This document shows, piece by piece, positions 10,591-20,886 of a stretch of DNA of 64,000 nt (positions within the stretch are counted from its first letter, which is position 1; each line of letters opens with the position of its first letter). Location: positions 160,001 to 224,000 of the forward strand of contig CAXWPJ010000005.1 of the NCBI GenBank assembly GCA_963664115.2, given 5' to 3'. Below the pieces are notes generated by a model. That model had not been told where the DNA came from. It saw only the letters and a list, made by a program, of their open reading frames with translations, and made no database searches. The DNA is from Terriglobia bacterium (lineage in GTDB: Bacteria; Acidobacteriota; Terriglobia; 20CM-2-55-15). The position numbers and the translations under genes were made by a program.

Positions 10591-11436
10591 CTACTCCAGG
10601 CTTCTGTAGATGCTGTCGAGGAAGCGCTCCCCGTTTCCGGACCAAGAGGCGTAAGCCGCGAGTACCCCTTCCTCCTGAATCTGTTCCGAGCTCCGTCCGG
10701 CGGAATGCTTTTCTCTTACCATTTCAATGGATTCTTCGAGCATGCGGTGAAAACGTCGCAGGTCGTCGACATCCGCCCTTGCCGGCCCGTGTCCCGGAAT
10801 GATTCTGGCGTCAGGAGCGACCTGGCTGAGAACGTCGCCGATATTGTCGGTGTAACCGATCGCGTTTCCGCCTCCGTCGATATCGATGAACGGAAAGGTT
10901 TCCACCCAGAAGTGATCACCCATGTGAACGACGTTGGACCCGGTAAAGAAAACGATGACGTCGCCATCCGTGTGTCCGGTCGGATAGTGCACGAGCCGGA
11001 TTTCTTCACCGTTCAGGTGCAATGACACGTCATCATCGATCGTGATCGTCGGCCACGCACCTTGAGGTTGATCCAGAAGACGCCGCCGCACATTGCTATG
11101 CGCGATAATCGGGGCCAGACTGCCGAAAAACTCATTGCCGCCTGTGTGGTCCCCATGGAAATGCGTGTTCACGACAAAGCGGAGGTTTCCTTCGCTGATA
11201 TCGGAGAGCGCGGACTCGATCCTCGGCGCAAGAGGGGCAAACTGGTCGTCCACAATAAGGATTCCATCCTCTCCTGCCGACACACCGATGTTCCCGCCAC
11301 TCCCTTCGATAACGTGGATCGGACCTGTCAAAGACGTCGTCCGGATCTCGATGTCATCGAAGTTTCGCTGAGCTACGATTCGAGCGCTGAAAGTGGCGAA
11401 CAGAGCGCAACACACAATCACCCAGATCTTCTTCAT
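10591..11436 (-). CDS. Exported MBL-fold metallo-hydrolase
   Basis: Signal peptide MKKIWVIV; NTHFHGDHTGGN, GHTDGD, HMGD and IPGHG motifs. Confidence 0.9.
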   Translation of the reverse strand: MKKIWVIVCCALFATFSARIVAQRNFDDIEIRTTSLTGPIHVIEGSGGNIGVSAGEDGILIVDDQFAPLAPRIESALSDISEGNLRFVVNTHFHGDHTGGNEFFGSLAPIIAHSNVRRRLLDQPQGAWPTITIDDDVSLHLNGEEIRLVHYPTGHTDGDVIVFFTGSNVVHMGDHFWVETFPFIDIDGGGNAIGYTDNIGDVLSQVAPDARIIPGHGPARADVDDLRRFHRMLEESIEMVREKHSAGRSSEQIQEEGVLAAYASWSGNGERFLDSIYRSLE

Positions 11437-11469
11437 ACCTTTCTCCCGAGCTGAAACATAAACGGCCTC

Positions 11470-11630
11470 AAACGAGGGCCCCACACACTCCATGCTGACC
11501 CAGTGGAAAGCGGCTGTCGCAGTGAACCCTTGGGGTGGGGAATTTCATGAATACCCGCGTGTCAGAACGAAACGTCAAAAAGCTGGAGGAAGTCTATAGA
11601 ATGGGTGGATTGGAATCAATGAAATGTCAA
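11470..11630 (-). repeat. Degenerate kinase promoter plus 5' remnant
   Basis: Minus strand resembles 40245-40390; frameshifted codons read HCDSRFPLGQHGVCG against [15 protein letters not shown]. Confidence 0.6.
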
Positions 11631-11771
11631 GGTTCCCGACGAGGACTGGGAGGCGTCGGGAATAGATTTCACAGGGTGATCGGGAGGATCGACCCCGCTA
11701 TCGCTCTATAGACCTGGCCCGATAGCGTCTCCCTCGCCGGTCAGCTCACCACTTCGAAATGGCTGCTACTG

Positions 11772-13307
11772 TCATTTTCTCTCACCCTCGAAGATCAAGT
11801 GGTCATCGACGCCCCGGGATGGGGCCGGTGAAAACGGTCCGCCCACAACACGGCGAACCGCGTCCAAATCGGCATCCGCCCCCGGCGGCGGTTCCGTCCC
11901 GAGACTCACCGCTATCGTGACGAGAAAGCCGGCCCCGAATCCGGGGATCATCTCGTACAGGTCGTAGAATCGCTCTTTGAAGATCAACACCCAGACCACG
12001 GTTGTGATGAATCCTGCGATCATGCCCCAGATGGCCCCCGCCCTGGTGGTGCGCTTCCAGAACAACGAGCAGAGAACCACGGGTGTAAATGCCGACGCCA
12101 GACCCGACCAGGCAAACAGGACAAACCAGAAGATCGTTCGACTCTCCCCGAGCGCGGTGATCAGACCGCCCAGACCGATGAGAATGGTCACCGCTTTTCC
12201 GAGCGCAGCAAGTTTAAGATCGGAAAGATCGGGTTTAAAAACCTGCTGAACGACGTCTCTGACCACCGCCGAGGAGGCCAGGATCAGCAGCGAGTCCACA
12301 GTCGACATGATGGCGGCCAGAACTACCACGAGTATGATTCCGGTCAGGACAGGCGGGAAGAGCGTCGTGGACATGACAGGCAGAACTGTTTCCGGATCCT
12401 CCAGACCCGGGAAGAGAAAACGACCGGCGATCCCCGTCAACACGGCGCCGATATCGAACACGACAATGCAAACGACGGCGATCGGACCGGCCCTGAGAAT
12501 CTGAACCCGGTCCCGGGCCGACATGAATCGCGTCAGCAACTGCGGCGCTCCCAGGAAAGCCAGACCGATTCCTGCGAAGCCGATGGCACTCGCGACTCCA
12601 GCAACGGACAATCCATAGCTACCCATTGGAGTCAGCAGCGCCGGATCTATTGCGGCGATGCCGCCCATGAGCTCGCGCCATCCGCCTGCTTGCCAGATCC
12701 CGACGATCGGAAGCAGCAGCAGGCTAGCAAACATGAGCACGCCTTGCACAAGGTCGCTGTAGGCAACCGCCTTGAACCCACCGATTGAAGTGTAGAGGAG
12801 AATCACGATGGCGCCGATGACGACACCCCCTTCGTAGCTCGTCCCCACGAAGGATGAGAAGGCTTTGCCCGACGCAGTGAGCTGGGCCGCCGTGTAGGCG
12901 CCCACCATCGTAAGGATGATGATGGCGCTGACCACACGAATCGTGTGGCTACGGTCCCCGAATCGATCGCTCAGGTAGTCGGGAACCGTGATCGCGTCAT
13001 AGCGATCCGTGAGTGTCTTAAAGGGACGGGCCACAACGGACCAGGCGAGGGCCACGCCCAACACCTCACCGAGAACGATCCACAGGGCGTGAAAGCCGAC
13101 CATGTAGCCCATCCCGGTCAGGCCCAGCAGGAGCCAGGCGCTCTCACCCGTGGTGTTGGCCGAAAAAGCGATGACCCAGGATGGAAGAGTCTTATCGGCG
13201 AGATAGTAGCCGGCGACCGACTTCGTATCCCGGCTCGCCCACCATCCGATTCCGATGAGGATCATGAAGTAGACGATGAGGACCCCGATCACCTCAGCTT
13301 CAGCCAT
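11772..13307 (-). CDS. putP: Sodium:solute (proline-type) symporter
   Basis: SAWLLLGLTG, GGFKAVAYSD and LAAIMSTVDSLL motifs; about 13 TM helices. Confidence 0.85.
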   Translation of the reverse strand: MAEAEVIGVLIVYFMILIGIGWWASRDTKSVAGYYLADKTLPSWVIAFSANTTGESAWLLLGLTGMGYMVGFHALWIVLGEVLGVALAWSVVARPFKTLTDRYDAITVPDYLSDRFGDRSHTIRVVSAIIILTMVGAYTAAQLTASGKAFSSFVGTSYEGGVVIGAIVILLYTSIGGFKAVAYSDLVQGVLMFASLLLLPIVGIWQAGGWRELMGGIAAIDPALLTPMGSYGLSVAGVASAIGFAGIGLAFLGAPQLLTRFMSARDRVQILRAGPIAVVCIVVFDIGAVLTGIAGRFLFPGLEDPETVLPVMSTTLFPPVLTGIILVVVLAAIMSTVDSLLILASSAVVRDVVQQVFKPDLSDLKLAALGKAVTILIGLGGLITALGESRTIFWFVLFAWSGLASAFTPVVLCSLFWKRTTRAGAIWGMIAGFITTVVWVLIFKERFYDLYEMIPGFGAGFLVTIAVSLGTEPPPGADADLDAVRRVVGGPFSPAPSRGVDDHLIFEGERK

Positions 13308-13449
13308 CGTCGCTCTGTCCTCGTCCGTGGCCGGTGTCGGGACCTTCGGCCCTTGAGTGGATTCTGTAATTAACCAGAACCAGGATCAGGCCCAGCAAGG
13401 TCGCCGCTGCCATCAGGATCCACGTGGGGAAGGGAAGACCTGCGATCAT
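13300..13449 (-). CDS. 49-aa membrane peptide, probable symporter small partner
   Basis: MIAGLPFPTWILMAAATLLGLILVLVNYRIHS...; its start overlaps the aminotransferase stop (ATGA) and its stop overlaps the symporter start. Confidence 0.7.
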   Translation of the reverse strand: MIAGLPFPTWILMAAATLLGLILVLVNYRIHSRAEGPDTGHGRGQSDDG

Positions 13450-14756
13450 CGTTCCGCGTTGTCCACCGCCGTGCATGCGCGGGAAAACCGCCCGAGCGCC
13501 TCGTCGATCTCGTCCTCCGAAATCAGCAACGACGGACCCAGGCGGATGACCTGCCCATAGAGGCCGCCGATGCCAACGAGGAGTCGCTCATCCTTGCTCC
13601 GGTGGAGCAAGGCTTTGGCCAGATCCGGGGCGGGCTCCTTCGTCGACGGATCTCGCACCAGCTCCAGAGCCTGCATCAGCCCCATGCCCCGGACCTCTCC
13701 GATCCAAGGGTATTCGGCTGCTATCGTTTCCAGACCCCGGCGCAGTTGATCACCTCTCTCCCGGGCACGGACCGGGACGTTCTCCGCCCGCATCACATCC
13801 AACACGGCCGCCATCGCGGCCATGCAAACAGGATTTCCACCGAAGGTGGAAATGCTTTTACCCTGCCAACTGCCGGCGACCGCATCCGTGGTTATCGTGG
13901 CCCCGACCGGCAGACCCCCGGCGACCCCTTTCGCTACGACCAGGATGTCTGGAATCACGTCCCAATGCTCGACCCCGAACCAGTGATCCCCCGTGCGGCC
14001 AAAGCCGGTCTGGACTTCGTCCGAGATGAAGAGCCCTCCGTAAGATCGGATCACTTCGGCCATTCGTTTGAAATACCCGGGCGGCGGGACTATGTAGCCA
14101 CCGACGCCCAGCAGGGTCTCGGCGATAAAAGCGGCGGGCTGTCCATTGGTCGTGGTCTCGATGACCTCGATGAGATCGTTGGCGTAGATCTCGACCAGGG
14201 CCTCATCGGACACATCGCCGAAGGCCGCACGGTAAGGGTAGGGCGCCAGGGCATGGCTGATGCCCGCCACGTTACTCGGCAATGGCCGCCACGGTGCCTG
14301 GGCCGTTAATGAAGTGGGGGTCCGGCCATGGTACCCGTGGCGCAGGGCCACGATTTCACTGCGACCCGTGTGCAATCGCGCAGCGATCAGCGCCGTCTCG
14401 ATCGCTTCGCTTCCGCTGTTGGTGAAGAAGGTACGGTTGAGGTTCCCGGGGGTGATCGCCCCGAGACGCCGCGCCGCTTCTACCTGTTTCGCTGTCACAT
14501 ACAGGGTCGAGACATGGCCCAGTCGCGACACCTGCTCCTGCACCGCCGACACCACAGCGGGATGGCAGTGCCCCAACGAGGTCGTCAGGATGCCCGCAAA
14601 GAGATCCAGGTATTCTTCGCCGTCGACGTCTTTCACCCAGCTGCCGGAACCCTCATCGAGAGCGAGAGGCTCATCATACAGAGGCTGCACGCAGTCAAAA
14701 AGATATTTCCGCTGTTGGGCGAACAATGCCGCTGCATGCGACGCGAGGGTTGCCAT
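13446..14756 (-). CDS. Class III PLP aminotransferase
   Basis: TNSGSEA, GYHG, DEVQTGFGRTG, AKGVAGG and STFGGNP motifs. Confidence 0.93.
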   Translation of the reverse strand: MATLASHAAALFAQQRKYLFDCVQPLYDEPLALDEGSGSWVKDVDGEEYLDLFAGILTTSLGHCHPAVVSAVQEQVSRLGHVSTLYVTAKQVEAARRLGAITPGNLNRTFFTNSGSEAIETALIAARLHTGRSEIVALRHGYHGRTPTSLTAQAPWRPLPSNVAGISHALAPYPYRAAFGDVSDEALVEIYANDLIEVIETTTNGQPAAFIAETLLGVGGYIVPPPGYFKRMAEVIRSYGGLFISDEVQTGFGRTGDHWFGVEHWDVIPDILVVAKGVAGGLPVGATITTDAVAGSWQGKSISTFGGNPVCMAAMAAVLDVMRAENVPVRARERGDQLRRGLETIAAEYPWIGEVRGMGLMQALELVRDPSTKEPAPDLAKALLHRSKDERLLVGIGGLYGQVIRLGPSLLISEDEIDEALGRFSRACTAVDNAER

Positions 14757-14995
14757 CAGCTGTTTCCAGGGTTCGAGTTTATTGTTGGGGCACTAATCGA
14801 CGTCATTCCATCAATTTCCTACGGACCGGGGATGAGACGATGAGACAAGGTCCGACGCCCTCACCAGTGAGAGAGCCCGATTGTAACCAGATTTTTCTAC
14901 AGTCGTGCGCAAAAAACCGCCGCAAGACACGGTTCAGAGTTAAACCGGATGCAGAGACGAGGCTTTCCGGATTGCCCCCTGGCGTGGGCCCCGGC

Positions 14996-16018
14996 CTAAT
15001 CGAAGATCGACTTCGCGATCTTCGCGTGGATGCCCTTGGTCCCGTCCACAAGCTGCGTCACGGCCAGGTCCATGGCCAGTGAACAGAGGATGTAGGCGGT
15101 CCCTCGTTCCAGTCCCTTTTCGGTAACCAGGAAATCGATCATTTCGCGCGTGGCCATCTGTGCCGCCGTATCCAGGTCCGGGTGCAATCCCATCGTGATG
15201 AAGTGGGTGGGCGTTTCCGCCCGCGGCCGCGTGAGCGAGAGGTCCTTGTGCAGAATGATACGGACCGTCCCGCGCAGGGAAGTCTCCAGGGCCGTCAGCG
15301 CGACTTCACCGTCGCCCTGTAAAGCGTGGCCGTCGCCGAACGAGATCAGGGCGCCGGGGACATGGACCGGCAGGTACAGCGTCGAGCCTGCGACGAGGTC
15401 CTTGTTGTCGAGGTTGCCCACATGGTGGCCCGGCGGGTTGGTATTGATACGGCCGAGAATCGGGTGCGGGCCGACGCCGATGGAACCAAAAAAGGGGGCG
15501 AGTTGGAGCGTGATGCCCGGAGCGAAGTCCACCGTGCCGGTTTCGGGATCGAAGCGTGTGAATTTCAACTCTGTGTAGGGGAAATCGTCCGGGAGCGTTC
15601 CCGCTCCCGGCACAAAAGCACTCACGCCGAAAGGATGGAGGAACTCGAAGCCCAGGATCTGCACCTCGAGCACATCTCCGGGCTCGGCCCCCGCAACGTA
15701 GATCGGGCCCGTCATCGGATGGGCGCCCGGACCTCGATCCTGTATGGCGTCCTCGACCACTTTCAGTGCCTCCGGTATTTCATCTTCGGGGGCGCCGGAG
15801 AGTCGAAGCCGTCCCAGCCCCCCGGCCAGAAGCGTTTCCACGCGAACGGTGTCGCCGGATGCGATCGTCAGCACCGGAGGCAGGCTGCCGTCGTAGTAGC
15901 CCCAGTGAACCCGTTCCGGAGTCACCTCCAGATCGTGGGTTTGTTGAAAAGCCTCTGCTGACGCGCTCGTCAGCCCTAAGAATGCTGTCAAAAGCACAAG
16001 CCGGGAGACATATTTCAT
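14996..16018 (-). CDS. Exported acetamidase/formamidase family protein
   Basis: Signal peptide from ATG 16018; HPMTGPIYVAGAEPGD, GNLD and GDGHALQGDGEV..TALE motifs. Confidence 0.9.
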   Translation of the reverse strand: MKYVSRLVLLTAFLGLTSASAEAFQQTHDLEVTPERVHWGYYDGSLPPVLTIASGDTVRVETLLAGGLGRLRLSGAPEDEIPEALKVVEDAIQDRGPGAHPMTGPIYVAGAEPGDVLEVQILGFEFLHPFGVSAFVPGAGTLPDDFPYTELKFTRFDPETGTVDFAPGITLQLAPFFGSIGVGPHPILGRINTNPPGHHVGNLDNKDLVAGSTLYLPVHVPGALISFGDGHALQGDGEVALTALETSLRGTVRIILHKDLSLTRPRAETPTHFITMGLHPDLDTAAQMATREMIDFLVTEKGLERGTAYILCSLAMDLAVTQLVDGTKGIHAKIAKSIFD

Positions 16019-16108
16019 TTTCAATATCCAATCGTTTGATGGTTTTGCTTTCCAGGAATCTGTCGTCAAAGTGCAGCATGCTCTGAGAAAACTGCTGGCA
16101 GAGCCTGC

Positions 16109-16159
16109 ACCCACCTCGTCCTTGCCGAGAGCAGACCGGATCGTGTAGTGGCCTGGCCG
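16109..16159 (-). repeat. Kinase 5' remnant RPGHYTIRSALGKDEVG
   Basis: Matches the LGHYEI...LGKGGMG pattern; in frame upstream of the acetamidase. Confidence 0.7.
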
Positions 16160-16194
16160 GCCATTTCTACAACGGGTCGTGTTGACAGCCAACA

Positions 16195-16506
16195 CTAACC
16201 GCCGTAAATGCTCCCGAATGCCTGGGACAACATGATCGCGATGAACAGCCCTCCGGCTCCGACCAGGAGGACGTCACGCGTCCGGCGAAGCTCAAACGCT
16301 CCAACACGGGAAATGAGCATGTATGCGACGATCAGATTGAGAGCGGCCCAGAGGACATTAACCAACGCACCCGACTCGCCCTGACCCGGTGGCGAAGCAA
16401 ACGGGGTCGGAAACGGACGGCCCGAGAGGCCGTTAATGAAGTGTGGCAGCGCGTTTACGAAAAAGGCCCCGCCAAAAAAATGTGCAACATAGACATACCA
16501 GCGCAT
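16195..16506 (-). CDS. Small membrane protein, hypothetical
   Basis: AGGAGAG RBS; NALPH..G.SGRPFPTPFASPPG; three TM segments. Confidence 0.8.
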   Translation of the reverse strand: MRWYVYVAHFFGGAFFVNALPHFINGLSGRPFPTPFASPPGQGESGALVNVLWAALNLIVAYMLISRVGAFELRRTRDVLLVGAGGLFIAIMLSQAFGSIYGG

Positions 16507-16523
16507 TGCTCTCTCCTTTATCT

Positions 16524-16592
16524 TTATGGCACCGGCACCCCTTCCTTCAGTTCTTCAAACCCGCTCAGGACAACTTTGATTCGGGGCCGGGC
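16524..16592 (-). repeat. Kinase 3'-end remnant ARPRIKVVLSGFEELKEGVPVP*
   Basis: Translation and DNA similarity to 43836-43907. Confidence 0.9.
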
Positions 16593-16639
16593 GGTTTACG
16601 AGCGGGATCGATCCCGCTCGTATTGAAACGGATCCAACT

Positions 16640-17140
16640 TTAGCTGCCGCCGACAACCGCGGTCGCCTTGACCTCCAGCAGCATGCCCGGACGCGCGAAG
16701 CCCACGACGGTAATCAACGCGCTCGACGGATAGTGTCCGGGTTCGAACTTCGTCGCTCGTATGTCGATGAACGGATCTCCATAGCGCGTATCACCGATGT
16801 AGACCGTCATTGTCACGATGTCGGCCAGCGTACCGCCAAATGTCGCCAGCCTCTCCTCGATCACTCTGAAAATCTCGTGGGTCTGCGCCTCGAAGTCTCC
16901 CATAATCGAATTCCCGTCCGCATCTTCCGTCGCCGTTACGCCCGCGAGCCAGACTGTCTTGCCCCCCTCGGTCGCAACGGCGGGAGAGAATGCCCGACCC
17001 TCCGTCCAATCCAAAGTCAGGTACTCCCGTGAAACGGCCCCCGCGTCCTGGGCATTCGCTGATCCCGGTAGCGTCAAAGTTGGAACGAGTATCGCCAGCA
17101 GCATCAAGCAGACTTTCTCTACAATGGTTTTGGCGTTCAT
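16640..17140 (-). CDS. RidA/YjgF family protein with signal peptide
   Basis: FSPAV, WLAG, FEAQT..IF and YPSSALITV.GFARPGMLLEVKATA motifs; GGAGG RBS. Confidence 0.88.
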   Translation of the reverse strand: MNAKTIVEKVCLMLLAILVPTLTLPGSANAQDAGAVSREYLTLDWTEGRAFSPAVATEGGKTVWLAGVTATEDADGNSIMGDFEAQTHEIFRVIEERLATFGGTLADIVTMTVYIGDTRYGDPFIDIRATKFEPGHYPSSALITVVGFARPGMLLEVKATAVVGGS

Positions 17141-17204
17141 GCTGAGTCTCCTCCGTATTTGTTTCTTATTTCGATGCGATCGGTGCGAGCCTGAATTTCT
17201 TTGT

Positions 17205-17372
17205 TTTCCTGTGTCCCGAAGTGAAGCGCGAAAATGTGGATAAATCTAACTACAGGAGAGGTTTATACGCAAGAAAAGTCTCGCCCCTCTTAAACGACAT
17301 CGTCGGAAGTTCAGAAAGAGTCTGAATACGGGGGTTTTTCGATTTCCGACAAGACGACTTGTCAGATTTGAG
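17205..17372. repeat. Degenerate ~100-bp palindrome with kinase-type promoter on the minus strand
   Basis: AATACGGGGGTTT is shared with 54503; CGCAAGAAAAGTCTCG is shared with 32202. Confidence 0.65.
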
Positions 17373-17577
17373 ATTCGAATATAGCTACTTTGCAATTAAA
17401 AATGTGCTGATGCAGTATGGTCCCAGAATAACTTGATCCGAGTCATCCTGGGGCGCAAGATCTATTGCGCTTCGGCAAAACCGTCAGCCATACCCGCTGA
17501 CGCCGGGCTGTTCTCGAGGATTGGTGCAGCCCAGCGTCAGATCGGAGTATTGCATGATCTTTTGCGAAGGGGTTGTA

Positions 17578-18615
17578 ATGATAAATAGAAGAGCTGTTTT
17601 GTTACTTCTTGGTCTTCTGTGCGTTCCTGGTACGAATTACGCGCACCATAGCGTTGGAGCGACTTTCGATGTCAGTCAGATCATCGAAGTGGAAGGAATC
17701 ATTACGGCGGTCCGTTGGCGCAATCCTCACGTGCTGTTCACGGTTGGAGTCAGGGAAGGTAACGGCCGAGAAGAGCTCTGGCAAATTCAATCGAACTCGG
17801 TGAGTATTTTGCGGCGTATGGACGTCTCAAGTGATGTTTTCAGGGTCGGAGAACGGGTTCGGGTGGCGGGTAATCCGGGACGACAAAGCGGAAATCAACT
17901 GTATGCCCGTAACCTGCTGTTGCCGGGCGCGGAAGAAGTCCTGATGAGCCCCGGATCGGAACCGCGCTGGGACGGCGAAACGATTGGCAGCTCTGAAACC
18001 TGGTTCGCTGACTCGGGCGACGGCTCGGATCCGGCCAGTGGTATCTTCCGTGTATGGAGTACGCCGCTTGGACCACGTCGCTCCGGACTTGGATTCTGGA
18101 ACGCGAGCTATCCCTTAACAGCTGAGTCCCGGACTGCAGTTGCGGCCTACGACCCGGTAGACGACAGCCCGATTCTCAACTGTGCCCCCAAAGGCATGCC
18201 GACCATCATGGAGCAACCCTATCCGATGGAGTTTGTCGAACAGGATCAGGCGATTCTGCTCCGGCTCGAAGAATACGACACGATTCGCACGATCCACCTG
18301 GATGCTGAACCCGAAATAGCGGAACAGCCTGCCACGCATTTGGGCCACTCAGTTGGCCACTGGGAGGACCGGACCCTGGTTGTAGCAACAAGCGGTATCA
18401 GCTGGGGCTACTTCAACGTCGTCCTCGGCATACCCCAGAGCGATGCCGCGGATCTGGTGGAGCGCTTCACTCCCAGCGCGGATGGCAGCCGCCTGGACTA
18501 CACCATGACCTTGACAGATCCGGCAACCTTCACCGAGCCGGTCGTGCTCGAAAAGTACTGGCTGTGGCTCCCGGATGTACGAGTCGAACCTTACGAATGC
18601 ACGGTGTCGGAATAG
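17578..18615 (+). CDS. Exported DUF6152-domain protein fused to a conserved C-terminal domain
   Basis: Signal peptide, then AHHS..FD and WRNPH; C-terminal GHSVGHWEDRTLVV and DPATFTEP. Confidence 0.8.
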   Translation: MINRRAVLLLLGLLCVPGTNYAHHSVGATFDVSQIIEVEGIITAVRWRNPHVLFTVGVREGNGREELWQIQSNSVSILRRMDVSSDVFRVGERVRVAGNPGRQSGNQLYARNLLLPGAEEVLMSPGSEPRWDGETIGSSETWFADSGDGSDPASGIFRVWSTPLGPRRSGLGFWNASYPLTAESRTAVAAYDPVDDSPILNCAPKGMPTIMEQPYPMEFVEQDQAILLRLEEYDTIRTIHLDAEPEIAEQPATHLGHSVGHWEDRTLVVATSGISWGYFNVVLGIPQSDAADLVERFTPSADGSRLDYTMTLTDPATFTEPVVLEKYWLWLPDVRVEPYECTVSE

Positions 18616-19085
18616 CACCGGGCGAAAGCGACCCCAAGGTGGAGCCATCAACAAAGTAAGGTGTGACTCCGCCTCACCCGCAGCCCTGACTCCAGTTGCT
18701 CACAGCAGTGGGGCATGTCGTGTCCGGTTGACAAAGGGACAGGAAAGTCAGACTATTCCTGTAACAGGCGGGCTCACTTCCTACCTTTAACCGTGAAAAT
18801 ACTTTCTATAGTATAGAGCCCGCCCGACTCGCTTGCGGGTTGCCCCTCGACGGTTTTACGCCCGATTCTGACATGTATGGGGACCCGGAGCGCGCCAAGC
18901 GCGCACGAAGGTTGTGGACTTTCTTGCAGCAAGGGTCAACACTTCCCAGTGAGGCTCATAATCCGCCCCCGACGACCCGGCGAAATGCGACAGCCATGCG
19001 AGGCAAATCTAGTATTTGCGTGATGCGCCGAACGGCCCCTTAGGGGCCTCGGCACTTGACCAGAAATAAGACGGAGGATGCACAG

Positions 19086-19457
19086 ATGAGAAATCTAATG
19101 TGGATAGCGTTACTTGCGGCTGGGATGGCATGCGGATTTGCGGCGCCGGCACTGTCGCACCATTCGCATGCAATGTTCAATTACAACCAGGAAGTGAACG
19201 TTACCGGGACGGTGACGGAGATGTCGTTCCGCAACCCGCATGTCTTTCTCTATGTCGACGTCGAGGAAGAGAATGGCGAAACGGTGAATTACTGGATCGA
19301 GATGTCAAACCTTCCGAACATGATACGCCGCGGCATCGGGATCAATACCTTCAAACCGGGTGACGTGATCACGGTGAACATGCATCCGCTGAGGGACGGA
19401 CGTCCAGGCGGCAGCTACACGACGGTAGTCGCCGCCGACGGGACGACGTACCAGTAG
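19086..19457 (+). CDS. DUF6152 family exported protein
   Basis: GGAGG RBS; SHHSHAMF, FRNPH and PGDVITV motifs. Confidence 0.85.
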   Translation: MRNLMWIALLAAGMACGFAAPALSHHSHAMFNYNQEVNVTGTVTEMSFRNPHVFLYVDVEEENGETVNYWIEMSNLPNMIRRGIGINTFKPGDVITVNMHPLRDGRPGGSYTTVVAADGTTYQ

Positions 19458-19514
19458 CACGTTTCGAGTGCGACACAAATGACGCGAACGTAAATTCAGA
19501 CGGGAGGAATAGTC

Positions 19515-20654
19515 GTGAGAGCAAGTATGACGGCGACGGTTTCATTGGCTGTGCTGCTCATCGGCCTGACTACAGGCACACCGGCGGTGGCACAGGACAT
19601 TTTTACCACCGAGGACTTTCGCCAGGACCGCGAGCATTGGACAGATCCGGCGTACTACCGAAACAATACCGTGGGTCAGCTCAGGGGCATGGCCTTGGAC
19701 CTTGACAGCCAGGGGAGCGGCTCGGGCCAGCAGGCGAGCGCCCGGTTGTACGGCTCGGAAGGTACGGGCCAGGTCGGCACTTTGGACCTGTCGAGCCCAT
19801 ATCCCTACAGGAGCGCGAGGGAGCACTATCAGGCGTGGCTCGACGAGGCGGACGGCGGCACAAAACATACGACAGCGACGATTCCCGATTGGAGCGGCCG
19901 CTGGTCTGGCGGGGGCGGCGGGTTGAGCGGCGGGCGGAATCCGGCAAGCTCGGTCGCCGCAATGCTGACGCCGCAATACCAGGAGTATTTTGTTCAGGAT
20001 GTAAAGGCCCGGTCTGAGGGGCGCATCTGGAGCGCAGGCGCCATCTGTCTTCCCGGTGGCTTTATGTCTTCGGTTACGAGTGTCGAGGAGTTCATCGTCA
20101 CGCCCGAAAGAGTGTGGACACTGGGTGCGGGGAATGGGGGGAATTACATCCGGTGGATTTACACCGACGAAAGCGGACACACCGCCGAAGATTTTCAGTA
20201 TCCCAAATGGCACGGCGAATCGATCGGCTTCTGGAACGGCGATGCACTCATCGTGCACACCAACCAGGTCAGGGGATGGAAGGGCGGTCTGTCTGAATTC
20301 ACCGACACTTTGGAGACCGTCGAGCGCTACAGGCGCGTAGGCGATATCATCGAAGGCGAGATTACGCTCTACGATTCCGAGGTCTTTGTCGGGCCCACAC
20401 ACTCGAAGCTCAATTTTGAGCTCGACCCTGAGACCCGTCCCGAGCTGAGGCCGCTCTTTAATAGTTGCACCGACACCAACGGGCCCTCGGCCAAGGTCTT
20501 CATGGACGAGCGGGGCTTCCTCAACGAGCGTCTTCCGGGCGATCCCCTCTATTGGGACGCCACGGATGCTCGCCCGTGGGGCACCTATCTGAACCAAAGC
20601 GACGAGAGATATGAGGAGTACCGCCGGTTGGGGGGAACGCCGCGCAACCGATAG
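19515..20654 (+). CDS. Exported hypothetical protein (DUF6152 partner)
   Basis: GGAGG RBS, signal peptide, PDWSGRW and GESIGFWNGDALIVHT motifs. Confidence 0.8.
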   Translation: MRASMTATVSLAVLLIGLTTGTPAVAQDIFTTEDFRQDREHWTDPAYYRNNTVGQLRGMALDLDSQGSGSGQQASARLYGSEGTGQVGTLDLSSPYPYRSAREHYQAWLDEADGGTKHTTATIPDWSGRWSGGGGGLSGGRNPASSVAAMLTPQYQEYFVQDVKARSEGRIWSAGAICLPGGFMSSVTSVEEFIVTPERVWTLGAGNGGNYIRWIYTDESGHTAEDFQYPKWHGESIGFWNGDALIVHTNQVRGWKGGLSEFTDTLETVERYRRVGDIIEGEITLYDSEVFVGPTHSKLNFELDPETRPELRPLFNSCTDTNGPSAKVFMDERGFLNERLPGDPLYWDATDARPWGTYLNQSDERYEEYRRLGGTPRNR

Positions 20655-20886
20655 GCTCCTGACGCAACTGAACAATCGGGTTCAGCCTCTTTTCGGCACT
20701 GTCAGGTTGAGGTGAATCCGACCGCTTGCGGCACGGAGTCTGCTGAAGTCGAGAACAGGAATCAACGATTTAGAAGTGGTGGCGGGATGCGAAAACGCCA
20801 CCAGACAGCTTAATCTGACAGCGCCCTTGCCAGCAGCGTGAAGGTCTGCTGACAATCGGCATTTCCAGTTTCAGGTAGGAGGTTCT

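Noticed and set aside
20661-20695. Further possible kinase-tail remnants (20661, 6037, 10480, 18620, 43225, 46400, 37110)
   Set aside because: Similarity is too weak to separate from chance by eye; needs an HMM.
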